Below, piece after piece: positions 9,024-17,137 of a stretch of DNA of 44,564 nt. Below the pieces are notes generated by a model that was given only the letters and a program-made list of their open reading frames with translations, was not told the origin of the DNA and ran no database searches. Location of the stretch: the NCBI GenBank assembly GCA_964605875.1, contig CAZSEG010000008.1, forward strand, positions 1-44,564, given 5' to 3'. The translations under genes and the position numbers were made by a program. The stretch is from an uncultured Chitinophagaceae bacterium (lineage in GTDB: Bacteria > Bacteroidota > Bacteroidia > Chitinophagales > LD1). Position 1 is the first letter of the stretch. Every line of letters starts with the position of its first letter.

Positions 9024-10904
9024 ATGAAAAACTACTTGAATGAGAAAAAGAAAAAGTTATCAGCTATTGCACTGTTGGGTGTAATAAGTATTACTGCTAT
9101 TCTCTTGATTTTCCCAAATTGGTGGAATAATGCCTCTTTACAAGAATTTAAAAATTGGTATCCTATTTGGGGTCCGCTGATTTATTTCGGAATAAATTAT
9201 TTAATGCCGATATATTTTTGTTTGTGTGTAGTTACTCTATTCATACTTTATTTTAAAGAGTATATAATTTTTCTAAAATCTATTTTCGCAAGATTAAAAA
9301 ATATATGCAATCGTGTTATAAAGTATTTTTCCCAAGATGTTTTGAATGAAAGAAGGTTCGTTGCAGATTTGTTTCTGAAACTTTTAGCCCTTGTTTATTT
9401 AATTGCTTTTGGATCCCTACTTTGGCAGTTTCAGTTGGTTTCTGAAAATGGATTGATTCCTTACAAAGAATTTGCAGAACAAACTTTTTTGTCTGAAGGA
9501 TATACTGCTATTTTAAACTACCCTTCTGTTTTTTGGCTCAACCAATCAAATTGGTTTATTCTGACCGTCCTTTCTCTTTCCTGTGTAATTTCAATAGTCA
9601 GCCTTTTCAAGACAAAAACATTCAATTATTTTTTTCTATGGTTCTTTTATCTCTCAATTGTAACCTTTGGTCGTGATTTGTTTCATTTTCCTTGGGATAC
9701 CTTTCTTTTGGAAATAGGCTTTTTATCCATCTTTTTAGTTTGTTTCACTAAACGGCTTAATCAGTTTCCTCGAATCTTGCTTTTTACTTTTCTTTTATTG
9801 TTTTTCAGGCAATGGCTCTCTATGGGAATTACCAAAATATTATGGGCAGCCCCAACTTGGTATGACCTGACTTATATGAAATATTTCTGGTTAAATCAGC
9901 CAAGTCCTACGCCTGTTGCATGGTATATGTACCAACTGCCTATGCCCTTTCAAAAATTTTTTACGGCAGGAACTTTAATATTTGAAATAGCTATTCCTCT
10001 TGCTATGTTTTTTGGAAGAAAGGGCAGAATTGTGGCATTTTTTATTTCCCTGTTCTTATCTTTTATGATACAATTGAACGGAAATTATGGGTTTTTCAAT
10101 ATCCTCACGGTTATATTAGGGATTTGGTGTTTGGATGATCATTTTTTTAAGCGAAAAAGTAATTTAAGCCTTTCCACCTCGCAGGTTTTTTTAAAACACC
10201 GTTTTTTCAGAACCCTGAACTTTTTGCTGATTTATCTGATTACAGGTTTTAATTTGTTTTATGTCTATTTGCAGTTTGATAAACAATCGAATCATCCTGC
10301 CAATTTTTTAAACTATTATTTTTTTGATAAAAATGTTACACCGCAATCAGGTTTTATCAAACCGGTGTTTTTTGAGATGGGAAAGATAATTTCAAGATTT
10401 AGAATTGTTTCTCCTCATGGAGTGTTTAAATATATTCCCCAAAAGAGAAATTATATTCAAATACAAGTAAAAGTAAGTGAGAATGATTGGCAGAACTTAA
10501 CATTTTCCAAAGGCAGAGATATAATTAACTTTTGTTTTTCTGCACCCATTATGCATCGGTTGTCCTTTAATTTTTATTACCAGTCATACGGGATAGATTT
10601 CTTTCCTTTTTTAAAAATCAACCCAAATTCAAAATATATTAACTCTTGGATGAAAAATTTAATCAATGGTATTTTTGATAACAATAGTGAAATTAGAAAG
10701 CTGATTAGCTATTCTCAAAATGGCAAAGTAGAGCAAATCAGAGTTTTTCAAAATTATATGTATATCCATAAAAATGCAAAGATGCCCTTCCAAGATAATA
10801 GCGTCAAAAATCAAACTATTCGCATATTATATCTAAATCCTTCCGATAAATTTGAAACACCTTTTTTTGCATTTAGCTTAGACAAATTGATAAAGAAAGA
10901 TTGA
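9024..10904 (+). CDS. Polytopic membrane protein, lipase maturation factor (LMF1)-like
   Basis: 626 aa with many TM helices. 'LALVYLIAFGSLLWQFQLVSENGLIPY' and 'FPWDTFLLEIGFLSIF' resemble the LMF1 signature as I recall it (WD..LLE.GFL). The N-terminus carries the locus-specific WYP module. Confidence 0.55.
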   Translation: MKNYLNEKKKKLSAIALLGVISITAILLIFPNWWNNASLQEFKNWYPIWGPLIYFGINYLMPIYFCLCVVTLFILYFKEYIIFLKSIFARLKNICNRVIKYFSQDVLNERRFVADLFLKLLALVYLIAFGSLLWQFQLVSENGLIPYKEFAEQTFLSEGYTAILNYPSVFWLNQSNWFILTVLSLSCVISIVSLFKTKTFNYFFLWFFYLSIVTFGRDLFHFPWDTFLLEIGFLSIFLVCFTKRLNQFPRILLFTFLLLFFRQWLSMGITKILWAAPTWYDLTYMKYFWLNQPSPTPVAWYMYQLPMPFQKFFTAGTLIFEIAIPLAMFFGRKGRIVAFFISLFLSFMIQLNGNYGFFNILTVILGIWCLDDHFFKRKSNLSLSTSQVFLKHRFFRTLNFLLIYLITGFNLFYVYLQFDKQSNHPANFLNYYFFDKNVTPQSGFIKPVFFEMGKIISRFRIVSPHGVFKYIPQKRNYIQIQVKVSENDWQNLTFSKGRDIINFCFSAPIMHRLSFNFYYQSYGIDFFPFLKINPNSKYINSWMKNLINGIFDNNSEIRKLISYSQNGKVEQIRVFQNYMYIHKNAKMPFQDNSVKNQTIRILYLNPSDKFETPFFAFSLDKLIKKD

Positions 10905-11007
10905 CCTAACCCAATAAAATAACTCGTAAATTTTGATGTAACGGGCTTGGGAACTAAAAATGGAAACAATTTGTTATTTTCGTACTTTAATTAGTGATAT
11001 TTGAAAT

Positions 11008-12294
11008 ATGAACTCCGATATAGCCATAAAAGTTGAGCATCTTTCTAAGCTATATTCGCTTCACCATCCCCTGAAAGATGAACAGGGAAATGATACGCAT
11101 GAACTTTGGGCATTAAAAGATGTTTCGTTTGAAATTAAGAAGGGCGAAAGCGTTGGGATTATTGGACCTAACGGCAGCGGCAAAAGCACTTTGCTTAAAA
11201 TACTGGCAGGAGTAACAAAGCCGACATCGGGGAAAGTTGAAATAAACGGCAGGATTGCAAGCATTTTAGATATAGGCGCGGGCTTTCATCCCGAATTGAG
11301 CGGTCGGGAAAATATTTTTCTGAACGGGCAAATACATGGATTCAGTAAAAAAGAAATCCGGTTAAAATTTGATGAAATAGTCGCTTTTTCAGGAATTGAA
11401 AAATTTATTGATGAACCGGTAAAAAATTATTCCAATGGGATGTATTTGCGGTTGGCATTCAGCATTATGGCTCATTTAGATTTTGATATGTATTTGTTTG
11501 ATGAAGTATTTAGCGTGGGGGATACAAAATTCGCTGCTAAAGTCAATGAAAAGATTGATAAAATTATTAATTCAAAGAAAACAATAATACACGTAAGTCA
11601 CAATTTTAACGAATTTCATAATAAAGTTTTATACATTTTAGTTGAAGCCGGAGAAGTGAAAGAACTAAGCAGGAACAGGATGATAATATCTAATTATGTT
11701 GAGCGTAATCTTAATCTGAAAAAAAATGAAATTCTCACCAATGCGATTGAAATAGAGGATTTTTCAACCTTTCCTGAATCAGATGAACTTAAAATTATCA
11801 AGGTTAAGTTTTATCAAAACCAAAAGGACGATAAAGAGCAATTCATAACAAATAAGAGTTTTATCATTGAATTAGAATATGAAAAATTTAAGGACGAAAA
11901 TACCATTGATATTATACTAATAGTATCAGATTATCAGGGAAATCCTATTATTACCTCTACTTCTTTTATTGCGGGAGATTTTAGTAAATGGATTAAAAGG
12001 GGGCGGTATGTTAATCAATGTATTATTCCTTCGAATACTTTTCACTCTCAGCCGTACAAAATTAGTTTCTATTTTGTAAAAAATACAGAGCGTCTTGTTC
12101 TACAATCTATACATAATGAAAATGTTAAAAACCTATATAATGACAATACTATTGACATAGCATTAAAAATATCTGATTTAATATTATTTAAACCGTTGTT
12201 TTTCAAAAATGGAATGCCTGCGGATTTAGGTTCTTTAAATTTGGGAGGTCAAATCCTTTTGGGGTGTGATTGGAAATCAGAAAGCATAGTGTAA
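11008..12294 (+). CDS. wzt: ABC-2 type polysaccharide export ATP-binding protein with C-terminal extension (Wzt_C-like glycan-binding domain)
   Basis: Walker A 'GPNGSGKST', signature-like 'YSNGMYLRLAFS', Walker B 'MYLFDEVFSVGD', H-loop 'HVSHN'. About 180 extra C-terminal residues, as in Wzt proteins that recognise glycan caps. Confidence 0.88.
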   Translation: MNSDIAIKVEHLSKLYSLHHPLKDEQGNDTHELWALKDVSFEIKKGESVGIIGPNGSGKSTLLKILAGVTKPTSGKVEINGRIASILDIGAGFHPELSGRENIFLNGQIHGFSKKEIRLKFDEIVAFSGIEKFIDEPVKNYSNGMYLRLAFSIMAHLDFDMYLFDEVFSVGDTKFAAKVNEKIDKIINSKKTIIHVSHNFNEFHNKVLYILVEAGEVKELSRNRMIISNYVERNLNLKKNEILTNAIEIEDFSTFPESDELKIIKVKFYQNQKDDKEQFITNKSFIIELEYEKFKDENTIDIILIVSDYQGNPIITSTSFIAGDFSKWIKRGRYVNQCIIPSNTFHSQPYKISFYFVKNTERLVLQSIHNENVKNLYNDNTIDIALKISDLILFKPLFFKNGMPADLGSLNLGGQILLGCDWKSESIV

Positions 12295-12365
12295 ATTCGT
12301 CCGGTAAACCTAAGATAGTGAAATCTAAAATAATCAACCTGATTCAACAGGATATTGTTCAAAAA

Positions 12366-13157
12366 ATGTATCTCAATTATAATCGAGTTTGGGATAAACA
12401 GAAAGATTACCCTTATTTAAATTATTTTGGAATAAATTTTGACTTGGAAAGTATATCTTCCATAAAATTTTACTTTCATGTTTTTAGTAAACTGGATGAA
12501 AATATCGTAAAATTATTTTTACCGAAAACTGATGATTTTTTCAACTATTATCATTTGCACGACCTCAAAAAAGTTAATTCAGCATCAGCAGATGATACAG
12601 GTTGTGCTTTTGAGATTAAATTTTACAAGGATAAAAAACACCCTGATATAGGATTTCATTACAGATTGAAGCCGGCACAAGCCTCGTTTGATATTATTGG
12701 ACAGCCAAAAAATCTACCATTTGATGTTTTAACATTAAACACTTCTCCCGGTATAAATTATGAATATAGCAGTGGTGGTCATGTACTAAAGAAAAAATAT
12801 TTCTATTTAAAAGACTCCTCTCATAAAGAGTATTTTTCAAAAAGATTCGGGTATGATTTCCTGCTGTCCGCAGACACAATTGAGTATGCCGAGTCCGATT
12901 ATTTTGCTAAAATTAATACATACTATGGGAATGATTATGACAGCCGAGATAAGGCAAATATTTTTACAGAACCACAAAAAAAATTAATACGGGAATTATG
13001 TGAACAGTTTAATTTAGAAATTACAGGTTTAGGTTATTATGAGCAATCAACTATTAGGTCGGTTTATTTTTTTAGTAAAAATGATACTATACCTATAAGT
13101 TCAACAGAGAAAATTACCCAGTATTATGTGGATACAATTGGCAGATTGATTAAGTAA
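12366..13157 (+). CDS. Hypothetical protein; five Tyr/Phe-rich beta-hairpin repeats (possible PT-barrel/ABBA-like fold)
   Basis: The ORF is open from a TTG at 12270; the first ATG is at 12366. Repeated strand pairs: 'FGINFDL/IKFYFHV', 'AFEIKFY/IGFHYRL', 'GINYEYS/KKYFYLK', 'TIEYAES/AKINTYY', 'GLGYYEQ/IRSVYFFS'. I recognise no family with confidence. Confidence 0.5.
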   Translation: MYLNYNRVWDKQKDYPYLNYFGINFDLESISSIKFYFHVFSKLDENIVKLFLPKTDDFFNYYHLHDLKKVNSASADDTGCAFEIKFYKDKKHPDIGFHYRLKPAQASFDIIGQPKNLPFDVLTLNTSPGINYEYSSGGHVLKKKYFYLKDSSHKEYFSKRFGYDFLLSADTIEYAESDYFAKINTYYGNDYDSRDKANIFTEPQKKLIRELCEQFNLEITGLGYYEQSTIRSVYFFSKNDTIPISSTEKITQYYVDTIGRLIK

Positions 13158-13238
13158 TAAAAAGATGAACTAATAAATAAAGGATATATCATTGCCAAGT
13201 TGCTAAAATAAAGGAGAATTAAAAAAAGGTCAGAAGAA

Positions 13239-14099
13239 ATGAACACTTTTGAAGTACAGGAAATGTTCTCCAGCAATATACAACATCACCATACAAATTA
13301 TATTCAGGATATGAAAATTCTAAGAAATCCGGTTTTACAAAATTTTCTGAATCAGAATGGATATGTGGTCTTAGATCTGTTCAACGAACAGAATGTACAA
13401 GATTTTTTGGACGAATACTATTCTTTTGAAGAAAAATTTCAATTTAGCAATGGCGTTCATATAACTATGGAACATTGCAGTCCTGATTTGAGTAAAATGA
13501 TTTCTGATAAACTAATAAATCTGGCAACTGATTGTTTCAACAATACTTTTAAGGATTATAAGTTGTTTCAAGGCAGTTTTATATCAAAACAACAAAATTC
13601 AGAATCTAATGAAATCCACCATCACCAAGACTGGACATTTGTAGATGAGCAAAATGGTTTTGAATCTTATACACTTTGGATTGCTTTATGCGACATTACA
13701 AAAGATATGGGAACGATTGGAGTTATTCCGAAAAGTCATTCGGATATAAAAAACATTCGCTATTCCCCCATAGAAAAATACTCTTTTTATTCTGAACTGT
13801 TAGAGTATGCAAGCCAAAAATCAGTTGAGTATATTGAGTTGAAAGCGGGTCAGGCTGTTTTATGGAATCATCGTTTGGTGCATAGTTCAAGTGCCAATAA
13901 TTCTGGAAAAGTCCGTATCAATATGACTTTCGCAATAACATCTAAAGATGCACAATTGAAATTATTTTGGTTATCGCCCAAAACAAACAAAGTAGTAGAA
14001 TTTAATGTTCCTGACAATTTCTACTCAATAAATAATTCCTCAACACTTTCAGCGTATTTTAAAAACGCTGAATACCCTGAAAATGCAATTGAAGTTTAA
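13239..14099 (+). CDS. Phytanoyl-CoA dioxygenase (PhyH) family Fe(II)/2-oxoglutarate oxygenase
   Basis: 286 aa. Facial triad 'HHQD' (H at 13623-13625, D at 13629-13631), distal His in 'LWNHRLVHSS', and the PhyH-type 'GTIGVIPKSH' segment. Confidence 0.75.
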   Translation: MNTFEVQEMFSSNIQHHHTNYIQDMKILRNPVLQNFLNQNGYVVLDLFNEQNVQDFLDEYYSFEEKFQFSNGVHITMEHCSPDLSKMISDKLINLATDCFNNTFKDYKLFQGSFISKQQNSESNEIHHHQDWTFVDEQNGFESYTLWIALCDITKDMGTIGVIPKSHSDIKNIRYSPIEKYSFYSELLEYASQKSVEYIELKAGQAVLWNHRLVHSSSANNSGKVRINMTFAITSKDAQLKLFWLSPKTNKVVEFNVPDNFYSINNSSTLSAYFKNAEYPENAIEV

Positions 14100-14123
14100 C
14101 GCGCTACACCGAAATAATACAGT

Positions 14124-15002
14124 ATGAAAAAAATATTTAATGACCCTCAGCAAAACAGTCAATACATCAATGAAGGCTATGTTATTTGCGATTTACTTTC
14201 CCCTGAAGAAGTACAAAGCACATTGTCTGAACTGACGGCATTACGCCCTGATGATAAATTTGCACCAATAGACAGAGCCTCCAGCTATCATTGCACATTT
14301 CTTGACACAAACGAAGATTACAAACGAAGTGTCAATAGCCTGATTCAAAAAATATTAAATCCTTATCTCGAAAAGATTTTAAACGAATATGTGATTTGGG
14401 GAGCAAATCTTTATGTGAAGCCATCCGGAACAGGAAAGTTTGAGATGCATCAAAACTGGATGCACGTCAGCAATGAAAAAGAGCAAACTTCATTAACAAT
14501 TTGGTGTCCGTTGGTAAACACCAGCACCGATAATGGCACAATTCAGTTAGTTCCAAAATCTCATAAAATTGTACCGGATATTGCTACTGCAAATGTACCT
14601 TGCTATTTTTCTGAAATAGAAGATTTCATATTAAGTGATTATTTACAACCAATTCCTTTAAAAGCCGGGCAGTGTGTGATTTTTGAAGATGGGGTTATCC
14701 ATTTTTCGGATGTTAATCTGGCAAGCACACCAAGATATGCTCTTCAAATATTAGTGGGGCATAAAGAAGTAAAGCCTGTTTACTATTATTTTGATGAAAA
14801 AAATCCTGAAAAAGGTTTTGAAGTGTTTGAATTGGAAACAGATTTTTGGGTAACAAGCAGCTATCATACATTCAGAGATAAACCTAAAAATCAAAAGTCG
14901 GTTGGTTTTGTTGAAAACATCAATAAACAACTGAATAGAGAAGACTTCATTAAAGCAATGGAAAATGGTGCTGTAAGAAGAAAAGAAATTTACGGTGATT
15001 AG
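14124..15002 (+). CDS. PhyH family oxygenase paralogue with an HxN in place of HxD
   Basis: 292 aa, collinear with the previous ORF ('GTIQLVPKSH', 'LKAGQCVIFEDGVIHFS'). The triad reads 'MHQN' (N111 = AAC at 14454-14456). Confidence 0.7.
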   Translation: MKKIFNDPQQNSQYINEGYVICDLLSPEEVQSTLSELTALRPDDKFAPIDRASSYHCTFLDTNEDYKRSVNSLIQKILNPYLEKILNEYVIWGANLYVKPSGTGKFEMHQNWMHVSNEKEQTSLTIWCPLVNTSTDNGTIQLVPKSHKIVPDIATANVPCYFSEIEDFILSDYLQPIPLKAGQCVIFEDGVIHFSDVNLASTPRYALQILVGHKEVKPVYYYFDEKNPEKGFEVFELETDFWVTSSYHTFRDKPKNQKSVGFVENINKQLNREDFIKAMENGAVRRKEIYGD

Positions 15003-16177
15003 GCGGTTACTTTTAATGAAACCAATTTAAAAATTGAACCATTAAACAGGGTGAAATACTCATCTTGGGAGTAACGAAAGTTATCTGTCGGGATAAACTT
15101 TATTAAGAATTGTTGTGTTATTTTTTTTGCAAGCTGTTCACCAAGACATTTATGCTGTCCATATCCAAACGCAAGATGCTTTTGTTTTTGTTCGGGATAA
15201 AATGTTTGCGGATTCATAAACTGTTCCGGGTCTCTGTTGGCAGCTCCTAAAAATAAAGCAATAGTAGAATTAGGCGGAATCGTTATTCCGTCAATGCTGA
15301 CCTCCGTATTGTTTTCCCTGAATGTCAGTTGTATCGGTGAGTACAGCCTGAACACTTCATTCATGAACTGCTCTGAATAGTCCGAATCGTTTATCAATTT
15401 TTTTCTGTCTGCCACATCGGTATAAATCAAATACAAACAAGAGGTAATTGCGCTGGCTGTTGTTTCAGTTCCCGAAAAAATTAAAAACCGGATAAATTTT
15501 ATCAGGTCTTCTTTAGAATGTTGAGTTATTCCACTAATTCCCGACAACATATTTTTCATGTTTTCAGAAAAAGTTTTTTCAGATAAATTTTTTTCAATAA
15601 CCTCGTCTAACAGGCTCCAGTTTTCATAAATGTTTTTGATATACTGATTTCGCAATGCTCTGTTGTTTTGAACAGAAAAAATATTGATAGAATCCGGTAA
15701 TTTTAAAAATCCCAATGATTTGAATGTCATTGTAAGCATAAAAGGATTTATTAATTCGTCAACCAGATTGATTGTTTCCAATTGTTTTGTTTCTTCTGAA
15801 AGATGATTAAAACAGAGGTTGAAAAAATCAGCGTTTACAGGCAGGGAAGAATAATTATCAATAATTTCTCTTTTTATTTTTAAGTGATTACTAACATCAG
15901 CACCTAACAGTACGGGATCCATTGAACGATGAAAACGAGATGGAGCATAAACATCACTATTTCTTATGATTGCTTTTAAGGTATCATATCTGAATACAAT
16001 GTAGCAATCGTTTTTCTTTGAATAAAAAGTCTTCCCGATTTTGTAAAAATCATTGTAGTATGTAAATAAATTATCTCTGAATTCCTGAGAATAAATATCA
16101 AGCTCGCTCAAATCAGCAGTTTCCTTACGAATTGGGTTAAACAGTAATTTAAACCTTGTAAGCAGACTATTTTTCAT
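14999..16177 (-). CDS. Cytochrome P450
   Basis: 392 aa. I-helix 'SGTETTA', ExxR 'EVFRLYSP', heme-thiolate loop 'FGYGQHKCLGEQLA'. Confidence 0.9.
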   Translation of the reverse strand: MKNSLLTRFKLLFNPIRKETADLSELDIYSQEFRDNLFTYYNDFYKIGKTFYSKKNDCYIVFRYDTLKAIIRNSDVYAPSRFHRSMDPVLLGADVSNHLKIKREIIDNYSSLPVNADFFNLCFNHLSEETKQLETINLVDELINPFMLTMTFKSLGFLKLPDSINIFSVQNNRALRNQYIKNIYENWSLLDEVIEKNLSEKTFSENMKNMLSGISGITQHSKEDLIKFIRFLIFSGTETTASAITSCLYLIYTDVADRKKLINDSDYSEQFMNEVFRLYSPIQLTFRENNTEVSIDGITIPPNSTIALFLGAANRDPEQFMNPQTFYPEQKQKHLAFGYGQHKCLGEQLAKKITQQFLIKFIPTDNFRYSQDEYFTLFNGSIFKLVSLKVTA

Positions 16178-16180
16178 ACT

Positions 16181-17026
16181 TTACTTTTGTGCACTTATCA
16201 AATAATAATGGTACATTCCTGTTTTCAAATACATCTTCTCTCTCAATTCATCCATATTCTTGATTTCATTTTTTTGTATGGTGTCGGAATGTCTCCATTC
16301 GTTGAAATTTTCGGAGAACAAATAACCGTAGGGCAATACATCTTCACTGATTTCTTCAGCTTCCACATTTTTGAATCCGGCTTTCTTTAATTTATCAACG
16401 TAAACATCAATAGAATACAAATTTTGGGAGGGAACACCCATAAATTTCGAGGCAGTTAACACGCTCGGATTATTGGTGTCATTTGATTTCGGCAATGCGT
16501 CAGTGAGAATCAGGCTGCCGCCTTTTTTCAGTACTCTGAATGCTTCATTAAAAAAACGCTCTCTGCTATTAAAATGAAAAGCACATTCAACAGCAATAAT
16601 CTTATCAAAAAAATCAGCCTGAAACTTTAGCTGAACAGCATCACCGCTCAAGAGTTTTACTCTGTCTGAAAGATTATTTTCCAAAATCTTTTTCTGAGCA
16701 TACTGCACCTGTTTATCAAAAATATTTATTCCTGTAATACAGATACCATGAAAAATTTGGGCGATATATATATCCTGAATTCCATAACCAAAACCCACAT
16801 CCAGAATATGCTCTCTATTCTTTAATGCTGCCTTTTCCATAACTAAATCCAGCATTTCCCTGCAAGCAAAATCTATTGTATCGGCATTTTTCCAATATCC
16901 TAAATTCAACCATTCATAATTAAGATTTCTGTTATTGGATACTCTTGCATCTTCCAGTATCTCATACAACTGATGCACAGAAGTATCTGTTTTTTTACGA
17001 CTGAATATTTTAGAGAAATTGGACAT
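16181..17026 (-). CDS. Class I SAM-dependent methyltransferase
   Basis: 281 aa. 'LNLGYWKN..' followed by motif I 'ILDVGFGYGIQD' and post-I/II 'LLSGDAVQL', 'KKGGSLILTD'. It lies 3 nt upstream of the P450 on the same strand. Confidence 0.85.
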   Translation of the reverse strand: MSNFSKIFSRKKTDTSVHQLYEILEDARVSNNRNLNYEWLNLGYWKNADTIDFACREMLDLVMEKAALKNREHILDVGFGYGIQDIYIAQIFHGICITGINIFDKQVQYAQKKILENNLSDRVKLLSGDAVQLKFQADFFDKIIAVECAFHFNSRERFFNEAFRVLKKGGSLILTDALPKSNDTNNPSVLTASKFMGVPSQNLYSIDVYVDKLKKAGFKNVEAEEISEDVLPYGYLFSENFNEWRHSDTIQKNEIKNMDELREKMYLKTGMYHYYLISAQK

Positions 17027-17044
17027 GAAAAATCAGGAATTACA

Positions 17045-17052
17045 CAAAACTA
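17045..17052 (-). promoter_or_regulatory. Candidate -7 box (TAgtTTTG on the minus strand) for the methyltransferase-P450 operon
   Basis: The plus strand reads CAAAACTA, which is TAGTTTTG on the minus strand, 19-26 nt upstream of the ATG at 17026. Confidence 0.35.
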
Positions 17053-17137
17053 AGTATAGAAGGCATAATTACAATATAATTCACAACAGTTTCTTACAGA
17101 CTTTCGGCTATTTTTACACTGGTAAAGTATAACAAGC

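Noticed and set aside
8855-9043. 62-aa ORF downstream of wzm containing 'HLVKDEQGNDA'.
   Set aside because: It is not a gene. It is the frameshifted remnant of a wzt 5' end and is annotated as a pseudogene fragment instead.
10960-11004. 14-codon ORF (METICYFRTLISDI) just upstream of wzt. I considered it as a leader or precursor peptide.
   Set aside because: It is too short and has no supporting features. Its 3' end resembles the wzm 3' terminus, so it is better explained as part of the duplicated junction.
12270-12365. TTG start at 12270 for the hypothetical protein, overlapping the wzt 3' end by 25 nt.
   Set aside because: It is possible but less likely than the first ATG at 12366. The extra 32 residues are Lys/Ser-rich and are not needed for the repeat architecture. 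The start remains uncertain.
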